Origin: Polyangiaceae bacterium
Lineage (GTDB): Bacteria; Myxococcota_A; Polyangia; Polyangiales; Polyangiaceae
Assembly: GCA_044376115.1 (NCBI GenBank)
Contig: JBILLK010000006.1
Location: 160,001 to 224,000 of the forward strand
Length of the DNA: 64,000 bases
Reading direction: 5' to 3'
Numbering within the stretch: position 1 is the first letter of the stretch; each line of letters begins with the position of its first letter. The translations under genes and the position numbers were made by a program. The notes under the pieces were generated by a model, which had not been told where the DNA came from, searched no databases, and was given only the letters and a program-made list of their open reading frames with translations. Below are positions 39,793-49,972 of the stretch, in pieces.

Positions 39793-39847
39793 GCGCCGTT
39801 GCCTCTTCGCATGCCACCGACCTCTCGCTCTTCCTGGGACCTACGCA

Positions 39848-42646
39848 ATGAAACGAACGTTTGGGTTGGCTTTCGCGGCCGCAGTCTTGGGCTCCCTCGC
39901 GCTCCCGGCATGGGCCGAGGACGCCAGCACCGCCGAGGCTCGCGGCCTGGTTGAGCGGGCTGAATACAGTGAAGCGCTCAAGCTGATTGAGCGCATCAGT
40001 GATCCCGAAGATGCAGCGCTGTTGCGCGCGGAGGTGCTATTTCGCACCGGCAAGCTAGCGGAAGCGGAGAAGCAGGCGGCAAAGGCCGAGAAGGATGAAA
40101 AGCGCAAACTCGAGGCGGTCACCTTGCGTGGCGAGATCCAGGCGGCGCAGGGCAAGCTGAGCGAAGCCGAACAAACCTTCCGTTCGATCGAGGCTGAGCC
40201 GCTTTCGCGGCGTGCCCGGCTGCGGCTGGGCGAGCTACTGATTCAGACCGGCCGACGCAAAGACGCGCGCAAGGTGTTGCTCACGCTGATCGCCGACTAC
40301 AACTCCGACGCCATCTCCGCGTCCGACGCCCTGGGGCTCAGCTATGTCGGCCGCGCTCTGCACCTCTTGCGCAACGCCCGCGAGGCCAACCAAGCGTTCT
40401 CGGAGGCCGAGAAGGCCGCAGGTAAGAAGCCGCCGCTCGAACTCTTGTTGTGGACGGCGGAGCTCTTTCTCGACAAGTACAACGAGAAAGATGGGGGGCG
40501 AGCCGTGCAAACCGCACTCGAGCTTGCGCCTTCTGACCCTCGCGTGCTCTCGCTCAGCGCGCGGCTGCTCAGTGAGCACGACTTTGGCGCGGCCGCGAAG
40601 GAGGTCGCCAAAGCGCTCGAGGTCAACCCCAGTTTGCCCTCGGCGCACTATCTGGCCGCGGGCCTCGCGCTGCGAGACCTCGATATCGAGGCCGCCGACA
40701 AGGCGCTCCAGCGCGGTTTAGCCGCCAATCCCAACGACCTCGAGTTGCTGAGCATGCAGGCTGCGACTCGTTTTCTCGCCGACGACAAAGAAGGCTTTGC
40801 GCGCCTCGAGACCGCCGTCTTGAAGCTGAACCCCGAGTACTCGCAGTTCTACCGCATCGTCGGGGAGTACGCCGAGTGGGAGCATCGCTACGACGACATC
40901 GTCGCGTTCATGGAGAAGGCCCTCACCGTAGATCCAGCCGACGGTCAAGCGTTGGCGCAGCTCGGCCTGAACCTGATCCGCGGCGGACGCGAGCCGGAAG
41001 GAGTTGCCGCGCTCGATAAGGCCTTCGCCAAAGATCCTTTCAACGTGCGCGCCTTCAACACGCTGAACCTCTACGAGAAGACCATTCCGGTCGAGTACGA
41101 AACCGTCGACGGCCCGACCTTTCGCATCCGTTACGCCAAGAACGAGCGGGCGATCCTCGAGCGCTACGTGCCGCAGTTCCTCGATGAGGCGTGGGGCAGC
41201 ATGGTCAAGCGCTACAAATTTACGCCGACGATGCCCATCTCGGTCGAGTTCTACGCGAACGAGGAGCACTTCAGTGTGCGTACGAGCGGCTTGCCCAACG
41301 TCGGCATTCAGGGCGTTTGCTTCGGAAAGTCGCTAGCGTTGATGAGCCCAGCCGCAGCTCCGTTCAACTGGGGCAACATCCTTTGGCATGAGCTCGGGCA
41401 CGTGTTCGCGATCCAACAGTCGAAGGCGCATGTCCCGCGCTGGTTCACCGAGGGGCTCTCCGAGTACGAGACCATCGCTCGTCGCAAGGAGTGGCAGCGG
41501 GAGGAGGACCGCGCGCTGTTCAAGGGCCTCGAGGAGAAGCGCGTTCCTTCGGTGACGGGGTTCAATCGCGCGTTCACGCACGTCGACTCAGCCGATGAAG
41601 TGGTGATGGCGTACTACGCCGCGAGTCAGATCGTCGTGTTCATGGTCGAGCGGTTCGGTTGGGAGAAGACGGTCTCCACGCTCGAGCTGTGGGGGAAAGG
41701 CCAGCGGACGCCGGAGGTGATCCGCGCGGCGCTCGGCGTCGAGGCGAGCAAGCTCGATGAGGAGTATCGCTCCTGGCTCGACAAGCGTTACGACCGTTAC
41801 AAGACGCAGTTTACGCCCAACCCTGATTCCCCTTCGGTGCAGAAGGCGGAGGAGGCCCTGCGGGCCGATCCAAAGAACGTACGTAAGCTGGTCGAGTTGG
41901 CGCTAGCGAAGGCCAAGTCGGGCAAGGACGACGAAGCTCGCAAGCTGTTCGAGGAGGCGCTCACGGTCGATCCCAAGAACGGCGATGCGCTCTACTTCCT
42001 TGCCGATATCTCGCTCGATCAGGAGGGGGTTCCGGAGGCCGAGCGAGCGAAGAAGGCGCTCGGTTACCTGGACCAACTGCTGGCTGCGGGGGTGAACGGC
42101 TACGCGGTGCAGATGAAGCGGGCGCGAATTCTCGATGTGGCCGGGGACGGCGGCGGTGCGCGTCTCGCGCTCGAGGAGGCCAGCAAGCTCGATCCGGTGC
42201 AATCGGAGCCGCACATGGAGCGCGCCAAGATGGAAGCCAAAGCCAAAGACGCCAAGGCCGAGCTCGTGGCGCTCAAGAGCTATACCCAGCTCGAACAACA
42301 CGACCGCTCCGGTTATCTGCGGCTACTCGAGCTCCTAGTCGAACGCCAACGTTGGGAAGAAGCGCGCGAAGTAGCCGAGAGCGCGCTCTTCGTCGACATC
42401 GCCAACCCCGAGCTGCACCGGCTCTACGCGCGCACGTTGGCGAACCTCGGTAAGCGTGTGCAGGCCGTCTACGAATACAACAGCGCGCTGATCGCCGGCG
42501 CGCCGCCGGAGATGGCGGTTGGCATCTATTCGGAGCTGGCCAAAGGCTACGAACAGCTCAAACAGCCCGAGTTCGCCAAGAAGGCGCTCGAGTACCGCGA
42601 GCGCGTGCAGAAGCGCGTGAAGACCGAGCTCGCCAGCGTCGATTGA
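39848..42646 (+). CDS. Secreted TPR protein with central gluzincin (peptidase MA-like) domain
   Basis: Signal peptide (AWA-E), many TPR repeats, and HELGH...PRWFTEGLSEY. Confidence 0.8.
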   Translation: MKRTFGLAFAAAVLGSLALPAWAEDASTAEARGLVERAEYSEALKLIERISDPEDAALLRAEVLFRTGKLAEAEKQAAKAEKDEKRKLEAVTLRGEIQAAQGKLSEAEQTFRSIEAEPLSRRARLRLGELLIQTGRRKDARKVLLTLIADYNSDAISASDALGLSYVGRALHLLRNAREANQAFSEAEKAAGKKPPLELLLWTAELFLDKYNEKDGGRAVQTALELAPSDPRVLSLSARLLSEHDFGAAAKEVAKALEVNPSLPSAHYLAAGLALRDLDIEAADKALQRGLAANPNDLELLSMQAATRFLADDKEGFARLETAVLKLNPEYSQFYRIVGEYAEWEHRYDDIVAFMEKALTVDPADGQALAQLGLNLIRGGREPEGVAALDKAFAKDPFNVRAFNTLNLYEKTIPVEYETVDGPTFRIRYAKNERAILERYVPQFLDEAWGSMVKRYKFTPTMPISVEFYANEEHFSVRTSGLPNVGIQGVCFGKSLALMSPAAAPFNWGNILWHELGHVFAIQQSKAHVPRWFTEGLSEYETIARRKEWQREEDRALFKGLEEKRVPSVTGFNRAFTHVDSADEVVMAYYAASQIVVFMVERFGWEKTVSTLELWGKGQRTPEVIRAALGVEASKLDEEYRSWLDKRYDRYKTQFTPNPDSPSVQKAEEALRADPKNVRKLVELALAKAKSGKDDEARKLFEEALTVDPKNGDALYFLADISLDQEGVPEAERAKKALGYLDQLLAAGVNGYAVQMKRARILDVAGDGGGARLALEEASKLDPVQSEPHMERAKMEAKAKDAKAELVALKSYTQLEQHDRSGYLRLLELLVERQRWEEAREVAESALFVDIANPELHRLYARTLANLGKRVQAVYEYNSALIAGAPPEMAVGIYSELAKGYEQLKQPEFAKKALEYRERVQKRVKTELASVD

Positions 42647-42681
42647 CCCAAGGCGCGGCTCGCGCGCGCGTCGGTCGAGCC

Positions 42682-44061
42682 TCAGGCTTCTTCTTCCGGT
42701 TCGCCTTCGGCGCGGCGCAAGCCGAGCGCGCGACACTTCTTGTACAGGTGGCTGCGCTCGAGCCCGAGCGCCCGTGCGGTCGCGGCCATTTGACCGCCGT
42801 AGTGCTGCAACGCTTGCTCGAGAATGGCGCGCTCGGACTCCTCCGACAACACTCGAAAAGGAACGCCGGTGCGGAAGATCGAGCCGGTCGGTGTCGAGCT
42901 AGGGCCGAGGCACGCGCGCACGTCGGCATCTCCGATGGTGTCGTCGGGCGAGAGGATGACCAGCCGTTCGACCAGGTTCTTGAGCTCCCGAACGTTGCCT
43001 GGGTAGCTATGGGAGATCAGCGCCTGCTCTGCGTCCTTCCCGAACACCATGCTTGGGCGATCATTGGCCCTGCGTGCAAGCTCGAGAAAGTGCCGAGCGA
43101 GGGTGGGGATATCCTCTCGGCGATTGCGCAGCGGCGGGATGAATAGCGGGAGCACGTTCAAGCGGTCGTAGAGATCGGGCCGGAACTTCTCCTCTTGCGA
43201 CATGGTCGCCAAGTCGCGGTTGGTTGCGGCGACCACGCGCACGTCGACCTTGAGGACCTCATTGCCGCCGACTCGTTCGATCTCTCGCTCCTGCAGCACG
43301 CGCAGCAGCTTGGCTTGCATCGCGAGCGGCATATCCCCGATCTCATCGAGGAACAGCGTTCCCCCGCTGGCGCGTTCGAACTTGCCGCGGCGCTGCTTGG
43401 TAGCGCCGGTAAAGGCGCCCGCCTCATGTCCGAACAGCTCACTCTCGAACAGCTCGCTCGGGATGGCGGCGCAGTTCATCTTCTCGAGTGGGCCCTTGGC
43501 GCGCTTGCTGCTCGCGTGAATTGCGCGCGCGACGACCTCTTTGCCGGTGCCACGTTCGCCGATCAGCAGCACGTTCGCTGCCGCTTTTGCGGCGCGCTCG
43601 ATCTGCATACGCAGCTGCTCCATGGCGCGACTCTCGCCGACGAGCTCGCCGAGGCCAGCTTGGCTGCGCAAGAGCGTGGCTTCGGCCTCGACGCGGGCCA
43701 AGCGCAGCGCGTTCTCGAGCACCAAGAGAAGCCGATCGGTGGACACGGGTTTCTCCAAGAAGTCGAAAGCCCCGAGTCGCGTCGCTCGGACGGCTGCGTC
43801 GACCGTCGCATGACCGCTCATCATGATCACGGGGAAGTCGTTGCCGGCTTTGCGCAGCCGCTCGAGCAGACTGACCCCGTCACCGTCCGGCAAGGCGACG
43901 TCGAGTAAGGCGATGTCGTAGCTTTGCCGCGCGACTTTCTCCTCGGCCACGCGGCAACCACCTGCAACGTCAACTGCAAATCCTTCGAGCGAAAGGGCTT
44001 TTTGCAAAGTCGTGAGGATCGCTCGTTCGTCGTCCACCACGAGAACATGGCCACGGGGCAT
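42682..44061 (-). CDS. Sigma-54-dependent response regulator (NtrC/NtrX family)
   Basis: REC domain, GERGTGKE, ESELFGHEAGAFTGA, FLDEIGD and a C-terminal HTH. Confidence 0.95.
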   Translation of the reverse strand: MPRGHVLVVDDERAILTTLQKALSLEGFAVDVAGGCRVAEEKVARQSYDIALLDVALPDGDGVSLLERLRKAGNDFPVIMMSGHATVDAAVRATRLGAFDFLEKPVSTDRLLLVLENALRLARVEAEATLLRSQAGLGELVGESRAMEQLRMQIERAAKAAANVLLIGERGTGKEVVARAIHASSKRAKGPLEKMNCAAIPSELFESELFGHEAGAFTGATKQRRGKFERASGGTLFLDEIGDMPLAMQAKLLRVLQEREIERVGGNEVLKVDVRVVAATNRDLATMSQEEKFRPDLYDRLNVLPLFIPPLRNRREDIPTLARHFLELARRANDRPSMVFGKDAEQALISHSYPGNVRELKNLVERLVILSPDDTIGDADVRACLGPSSTPTGSIFRTGVPFRVLSEESERAILEQALQHYGGQMAATARALGLERSHLYKKCRALGLRRAEGEPEEEA

Positions 44062-44173
44062 GCTGGCAGCGTAGCATCAAGGGTTTGAGTCGACGCAGCT
44101 CACCGTGGGGAGGTCAACGTCGGGTCAGTGACCTCGTCTATCGGACTGCGAGCCGTTCCGCTGGAAAGGACCT

Positions 44174-45793
44174 GTGATACCGTCTTCCGCCATGATTCCC
44201 GAAGGCCCTCCGAGCGCGGAGGGAACGCTTGAGAAGACGCCCTTTTCGCATTTGTTGGTCTACGCGCTGGACCGACAACTGACGGGGGAGCTGTTTCTTC
44301 AAGAAGCGAGCGGGACCGTCCATGCGTTGCGGTTGGATCTGGGCGCGCCCATCAAGGCTCGGGTTTCGGACAGCTTTCTGCGTCTCGGTGATCTCGTGGT
44401 GTTGGCGGAGCTGTGCCCGCGCGAGACGGTGGAAGGCGCGGCGCTCACCGGCGGGCTGCTCGGCGATGTGCTCGTGCTTGGTGGCTGTGCCGACACCGAC
44501 GCCATCGATTTGCTGCTCGAAGAGCAGTTTCACGGTCGGATCCAGCGCTGTTTCGAGCTCGGTCCGGATACGACCTTCCGTTACTTCGACAAGTCGCAGA
44601 CGTTGGCGGAGTGGGGGGGCGAACCGAGTCGCGAGGACCCAATCGCTTTGGTTTGGCGCGGCTTGAAGGAACACGCGCACAAGTCGAGTTCGTACGAGAC
44701 CACCCTGGCCCGGCTGGCCGGTCGGCCGCTGCAGATGCATGCTCGCGCTCCCGTGTCTCGGCTCCGCTTGGAGCCCAATGAGGCGGCCCTCGTGGACCGT
44801 CTGGGGGAGCCCACGACCCTGGCGGACCTGTTGGCGATCGAGGGCGTTGATGCAGAGGTTTGCCGCCGGCTCGTGTACGCGTTGGTGATTTTATGCCAAC
44901 TCGATTTGGGCGGGGCAACCGCGCCGGTTGGTGTGCGTGACCAACGTCCTGCGAGCTTGGCTAAAGTGCAGCTCCGCTCGACCAGCCACCGCGTGGGCGC
45001 TGCCGTTGACGCTTGGCCGGCCGCCTCGACGCGAAGCATCACCGTCAGCGGACGCAAGGTGATTCCGCGTGATGACACGCCCGCCTCCGAGCCGCCGCCT
45101 TCGGAGCTGCCGATTTCGGAGGTCTCTCCGCCAACGCCGCTCGAATCACAGGCCTTCGACCCAAGCGACGTTGGGGTGATCGAGACCGGCGAGGTTGAAC
45201 TCGATCCGGAGCTGCTCGAGGAAGAGGTCAGTGAGGCGGCTCCCGTAGAGCAAGCCGCAGCCGCAAGTCCCGCGGAGCCCGCGCCGAAGCCAGAGGACGA
45301 GGCGGAGGAGACTTCGTCACGCCGGATCGTGCCAGAGACTTTGCGGGCGATGACCGTTGCCGGTCTCAAGTCGTTAGCCGAGGAAAAGCTGAAGTCCCGT
45401 GAGGCCGCCCTCGCCGTGCAAGCGTGTGAGGCCGCGCAAGCGAAGTTGCAGCTCGAGGGAGACGCGAGTTCCCAGCTCTATCACGAGGTCAAGGCGCTGC
45501 TGGCTCGTGGGCTTGCGCTCGAGCCGCACTCGGATCTGAAGTCGCTGTCGATCGAACTCGATGAGTTGATCCGGGCGCGCGACGATCTGGCAATAACCCG
45601 CTGTGTTCGCGGCAGTTTGCGGCGCCGCCTCGGTGACTCGAACGGAGCCAGCAGTGACTATCGGCGGGTGCTCGAGCTGCCGGATGCCAGCGGAGAGCTT
45701 CACACCGAGGCGAAGCGCGAGCTCGAGGAGCTGTCTCCCAAGCTGACCGGGCGGGGCCAGACAGGGTTCCTCAAGCGGCTGTTCAAGCGCTGA
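44174..45793 (+). CDS. Myxobacterial DUF4388-like / TPR protein
   Basis: N-terminus EGTLEKTPFSHLLVYALDRQLTGEL, acidic linker, TPR-like C-terminus ending GFLKRLFKR. Confidence 0.6.
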   Translation: MIPSSAMIPEGPPSAEGTLEKTPFSHLLVYALDRQLTGELFLQEASGTVHALRLDLGAPIKARVSDSFLRLGDLVVLAELCPRETVEGAALTGGLLGDVLVLGGCADTDAIDLLLEEQFHGRIQRCFELGPDTTFRYFDKSQTLAEWGGEPSREDPIALVWRGLKEHAHKSSSYETTLARLAGRPLQMHARAPVSRLRLEPNEAALVDRLGEPTTLADLLAIEGVDAEVCRRLVYALVILCQLDLGGATAPVGVRDQRPASLAKVQLRSTSHRVGAAVDAWPAASTRSITVSGRKVIPRDDTPASEPPPSELPISEVSPPTPLESQAFDPSDVGVIETGEVELDPELLEEEVSEAAPVEQAAAASPAEPAPKPEDEAEETSSRRIVPETLRAMTVAGLKSLAEEKLKSREAALAVQACEAAQAKLQLEGDASSQLYHEVKALLARGLALEPHSDLKSLSIELDELIRARDDLAITRCVRGSLRRRLGDSNGASSDYRRVLELPDASGELHTEAKRELEELSPKLTGRGQTGFLKRLFKR

Positions 45794-45795
45794 AG

Positions 45796-47067
45796 GTGGA
45801 CGGCTCGAGCTCGCATCGGAAAAGCGAAGCGGCTCCGCCACCGAAGCTTCCGAATCGGTTGCAGCTACCGAGCGGTACGTTCGCCCGACTCTCGGATGCG
45901 GCCGCCCGCTCGGCCGCTCGCGGTGGAGCAGGGGACCTCTATTCGCGCGCTCTTTCGGTGCTCGGTGCTCCCGGCGTGCTGCAGCTCTCGGAGCTTGCGC
46001 TCGAGCAGCTGACGCTCGCCGACTTCCACACGTTGATCGCCTGCTTGTTGCGAGCAGGCGTGCTCGAGGAAGCGCCCCGTCCGCGAACGTGCGACAACTG
46101 CCAGCTCACCAGCGGTGTGGACGCCGCGAGCTCATTCGAGTGGGCGCCCTTCGTCGATGGCGAACTTGAAGACCCCGAGCTCGACCGGGCCTTTGATTGG
46201 CAGCGGAAGCTCGTATTGGGTGCGCGTAACCGCGCCTGCGCGATCGGCCTTCGCCCCCGAACCGTTGCGGACGTCGTGCCGCTGCTGTCGGCAGGCGCGG
46301 CCGACGGGCGCTTTCGTGTTCGCCCGCCAACTCCCTTTGTGCTTTCGGTCCTGGGCTTCGTCTCGACGGACCCCAAGCGGATGAATGCAGCCTTTCGACG
46401 AATGGGTTCGCGTCGGCTCGGCCGTCTCTCCGACCGTTGGCTCGAGGCCCACTTTCCGCCGCGACTCTTCGCCTCGCACCTGTGCTCGTGCGGAGCCACG
46501 AACCTCGTGAGGGTTCCGCAGGCCTCGCTCTTGGACGTCCTTGGAGACGAACTCGAGCTTGTCCCGGCTCCGCCAGCAGATTTTCCAACGCTCGCCGCGT
46601 TCGAGACGCTGGTGCGTGCGGCTAAGCGCACTGTCTACGCGAGGCACGCGATCGGCGCCTTGCGCCTGGTGGTGGATGACGATGTCCCGGCGGTTGATGA
46701 AGGCGGAAACCCGCTCTTGGGCTCCTACTCGCCGCACGGGGATCCGCGCTCCGAACCGGCCGAAATCCGCCTCTACTACCGAACCTTCCAGGTCGAAGCC
46801 GGCCTCGATCCGCGCTTCCCGCTCGAGGCGGAGATCTTCGAGACGATCGAACACGAGGTGCTTCATCACCTCAGCTTCTTGCGAGGGGAGGATCCGGTGG
46901 ATGAAGAGGAGCGACTCGTCATCGCCAAAGACCGGGAGCGTCGGATAGGCCGAAAGGAGCTGTTGCGAAGGGAGCGCTCCAGCAGCCAAGCTCTGCTCGC
47001 GCTCGCCCCCATCCTGCTCGTGATCTTGTTGGCGGCGTTGCTCGAACACTACGCGCGCGGACGCTGA
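45796..47067 (+). CDS. Zn-binding N-terminal domain fused to Zincin_1-like metallopeptidase with C-terminal TM
   Basis: CDNC and CSC motifs; LLGSY...EIRLYYRTF...ETIEHEVLHH; terminal hydrophobic helix. Confidence 0.7.
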   Translation: MDGSSSHRKSEAAPPPKLPNRLQLPSGTFARLSDAAARSAARGGAGDLYSRALSVLGAPGVLQLSELALEQLTLADFHTLIACLLRAGVLEEAPRPRTCDNCQLTSGVDAASSFEWAPFVDGELEDPELDRAFDWQRKLVLGARNRACAIGLRPRTVADVVPLLSAGAADGRFRVRPPTPFVLSVLGFVSTDPKRMNAAFRRMGSRRLGRLSDRWLEAHFPPRLFASHLCSCGATNLVRVPQASLLDVLGDELELVPAPPADFPTLAAFETLVRAAKRTVYARHAIGALRLVVDDDVPAVDEGGNPLLGSYSPHGDPRSEPAEIRLYYRTFQVEAGLDPRFPLEAEIFETIEHEVLHHLSFLRGEDPVDEEERLVIAKDRERRIGRKELLRRERSSSQALLALAPILLVILLAALLEHYARGR

Positions 47068-47140
47068 ACGCGCATCGCCAGAGCGGTCATTCTGTGCCCG
47101 TTTGTGGGCCAGCGTAGGCGCCCTTCGCTAAACTTCGGAA

Positions 47141-47671
47141 ATGGCTCCGAATCGTCGTTCAAGCCCCGACGTCGTGCAGAAACGCAGAGTGGCTCGCCAG
47201 TTCAACGACCTGTTGCGTGGTGGAGGCTCGACGGCTTCTGCGTTGGACGGCCGGACCGAGAAGCGACGGCAACGCATTGTCGACGAGTTGCGCGAGGGCG
47301 AAGCACGGGCCACCGGCGCCAGTCTCAAGCCGATCGACGTCCTCACCCGCGTCGCAACGCTGCTCGAGTTGGGGATGACGGCGGCGGCGATCCGCAAGGT
47401 GTGCAAAGTGCCGCGCAAAGTGCAGGTCACCGACGAGGTCGTCGCAGGTATCAAGGCGTTGCATCTGGCCTATGGCTTCCCGATGGAGGCCTACGCCTTC
47501 GTCGGCTTGGACGACGACACCTTGCGCAGGGCCGGCGTTCTGGGGGCGAACAAAGCTCGATTTGTGAAGGCGTCCAACGATGATTCCCCTCCTCCCTCCC
47601 AGCCGAAAGGCTCGGTTCAGAAGGCAAAGCGTCCTCGTCGCCGGCCGGGGGCAAGTCGCAGCGCCGCCTGA
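47141..47671 (+). CDS. Basic hypothetical protein
   Basis: 176-aa Arg/Lys-rich ORF with typical codon use. Confidence 0.7.
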   Translation: MAPNRRSSPDVVQKRRVARQFNDLLRGGGSTASALDGRTEKRRQRIVDELREGEARATGASLKPIDVLTRVATLLELGMTAAAIRKVCKVPRKVQVTDEVVAGIKALHLAYGFPMEAYAFVGLDDDTLRRAGVLGANKARFVKASNDDSPPPSQPKGSVQKAKRPRRRPGASRSAA

Positions 47672-47679
47672 AGCTTGAG

Positions 47680-48816
47680 GTGGCCTGGCTTGACCACGGC
47701 GGCGCGCTCTGCAAAAACGCAGCGGTGCCGTACCCTCGACGTCTGCGTGGCCTCCTGAGGCGAGCTTCGCTGCTGACTCTGCCGTTCGCTTTTGCGTTGC
47801 TTGTACAGGCTGCCGCCAACGGCCAAACCCCCGCGAACGCTCCTGTTGGCTCCGCTGCGAGTCCGGCTAGTCCCGCGACGGACGTCAGTTCGGACCCGGC
47901 GCTGAAAGAGGTCGTCGTGCGCGTGGGCTCGAGCAGCATGACGCGCGGTGAGGTTGAGAAGCGGCTGCGAGAGGCTCCTCAAGCTGCGCTGGCGATGTTG
48001 GGCTCCACGCCGGAAGAGGTACGAAAGAACTTCGTTGAGCGCTTCCTCGTGCGTGAACTGCTGCTCGCTGAAGAGGCGAAGGCGAGGGGCCTCGAGCAGA
48101 ACCCCGCAGTGAGAGAGCATACGCTCGGAATCTTGCGTCTCGCGCTGGTGAATGAAGTGCGTCGCGATACCAAGTCCGACTCGATCACGAATGATGACGT
48201 AAAGACCTTCTACGCGGCCAACCCAGACAAATTCGTGTTGCCCAAACGCTTGGCGCTCCACCAAATCGTCGTCCAATCGGAGTCGGAAGCGCGTGCGCTC
48301 ATCGCCGAGCTTGGGCAAGAGCCAGACCCGAAGGTCTGGGCCGAACTCGCGCGCGAGAAGTCGATCGACAAGGACACGAGTATGCGCGCCGGCACGCTAG
48401 GCCTCGTCACCGAAGAGGGGAAAACGCAGGACGAGGAGCGCAAGGTCGATCCGGCGTTGTTCAAGGCCGCTGACAAGCTCAAAGACGGTCAGCTACTGCA
48501 AGAGCCACTGAAAGTGGGCGCCAACTTCGCCCTAGTTTGGAAGCGCCAAACGCTGCCGCCGACCACTCGCTCCATGGCGGCTGAAACGCCGGCCATCCGC
48601 GCGGCGATCGCGGATCAGCGTGTTCGCGAGGGGATGACTGAGCTGCTCGAGCGGCTGCGCGCTTCGCACGTTTCGGAGAAGTACCCAGAGCTTTGCGGTT
48701 TGCTCGGCATCGCTCAAGACGGTGCGGTGGAGCCGGCCAAACGCCCCGGCACCTTCCCACGCGCCAAGCGAACCGCCGAGGTGCGCACGCAAGAAGGCCC
48801 GTCCGGGCTGCGCTGA
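47680..48816 (+). CDS. PpiC/PrsA-type peptidyl-prolyl isomerase / chaperone
   Basis: Signal peptide, SurA-like N-terminal region, HQIVV, WAELAREKSID and GTLG. The start is uncertain. Confidence 0.8.
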   Translation: MAWLDHGGALCKNAAVPYPRRLRGLLRRASLLTLPFAFALLVQAAANGQTPANAPVGSAASPASPATDVSSDPALKEVVVRVGSSSMTRGEVEKRLREAPQAALAMLGSTPEEVRKNFVERFLVRELLLAEEAKARGLEQNPAVREHTLGILRLALVNEVRRDTKSDSITNDDVKTFYAANPDKFVLPKRLALHQIVVQSESEARALIAELGQEPDPKVWAELAREKSIDKDTSMRAGTLGLVTEEGKTQDEERKVDPALFKAADKLKDGQLLQEPLKVGANFALVWKRQTLPPTTRSMAAETPAIRAAIADQRVREGMTELLERLRASHVSEKYPELCGLLGIAQDGAVEPAKRPGTFPRAKRTAEVRTQEGPSGLR

Positions 48817-48872
48817 ACCGTCCGGGCTGCGTTGAGGACGTCCAAGTCCCGCGCTGAGTCAGCGCAGCGGCG

Positions 48873-49550
48873 CTACTTCTTCTTTTTGCGCGGAGCGCTC
48901 GGCTTCGTGGCTTTGCCTGCTTTAGCCCGGCTTTCGCCGGGCTGAACGTTAGTCGCCCTGGCGGCCGTCGTCGCTGTCGCGTCCACCCGCTTTCCGCCGA
49001 AGCCGGTGACCGCGACCAAGGTCGCAAAGGAGAGCGCCACGTTCGCGTAAAGCCCCAGCCCCCATTCGACGATATGGGGATCGATCGCGGTGCCCTTCGG
49101 CGGAAAGAAGATTCGGGTCAGCCCGGCGATTGCGCTCATCGCGGCGAGGAACGCGATGGCAACGCGCGCGCCGCGCATCTTCGACATTGTGCGGCGCGAG
49201 GCGATCAGCGGCACCATTACGAACCACGCGACCAACGGCGACCACATCGTTCCCAAGCGCTGCGCGAGCTGCGGTCCTGATAGCGTGAGGCGCTCGGGGG
49301 CGAGCTCGTGCGCCCAGGGCAGAAAGAACACCGCCAGCCCAGCCAAGGCGAGCGCGAAAAGAAGCCCGCGCCGGTGGCCGGTGAAGGCGAACGGCAGCGT
49401 TACGTCTTCGGGGCCAATCGGTTCGGCCAGCTCGTCCCCAACCACCGCTGCGGCCGGGAGATCCTCGAGTCGAGCCAACGGCAGCCCGCAGGTGGGGCAG
49501 GTCCGTCGTTCGCTAGGCTGGAACATCTCCCGACAGAAGGGGCATGCCAT
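48873..49550 (-). CDS. Zn-ribbon membrane protein, hypothetical
   Basis: MACPFCREMF...CPTCG followed by about 4 TM helices and a basic tail. Confidence 0.7.
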   Translation of the reverse strand: MACPFCREMFQPSERRTCPTCGLPLARLEDLPAAAVVGDELAEPIGPEDVTLPFAFTGHRRGLLFALALAGLAVFFLPWAHELAPERLTLSGPQLAQRLGTMWSPLVAWFVMVPLIASRRTMSKMRGARVAIAFLAAMSAIAGLTRIFFPPKGTAIDPHIVEWGLGLYANVALSFATLVAVTGFGGKRVDATATTAARATNVQPGESRAKAGKATKPSAPRKKKK

Positions 49551-49654
49551 CAGGGCGCGCATCCAGCAAGCATGGCACAGCGCTGCGCCGATTCGCTCAC
49601 CTTCTGCGCGCTCGCGACATTGCGTGCTGAGATGACCCGGATTAGCGTCTCTCC

Positions 49655-49972
49655 ATGACTCGAACACGGCTCGAAGAAGACGCAATTCGTTCCTTTCTGG
49701 ACACTCATCCAGCTTGGCGCGTCGAGAGCGGCTCGCTCGAGCGGGACTACACCTTCGGTACCTACTCCGAGGGCATCGCCTTCGCGGTGCAGATCGGAAT
49801 GCTGGCCGAGAAGCGAGACCATCATCCCGACCTCGTGATCGGCTATCGCGTGGTCACGGTGCGCTGGGTCACCCATGATGCGGGAGGGTTGACGGATCTG
49901 GATCGGCTGTTGGCGCAGCTTTGCGATGACATCGCGGCCCTCTACGTGAGGTCGTCGAAGGCCGGCTCGTGA
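49655..49972 (+). CDS. phhB: Pterin-4-alpha-carbinolamine dehydratase
   Basis: Motifs AEKRDHHPD and THDAGGLTDLD. Confidence 0.9.
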   Translation: MTRTRLEEDAIRSFLDTHPAWRVESGSLERDYTFGTYSEGIAFAVQIGMLAEKRDHHPDLVIGYRVVTVRWVTHDAGGLTDLDRLLAQLCDDIAALYVRSSKAGS

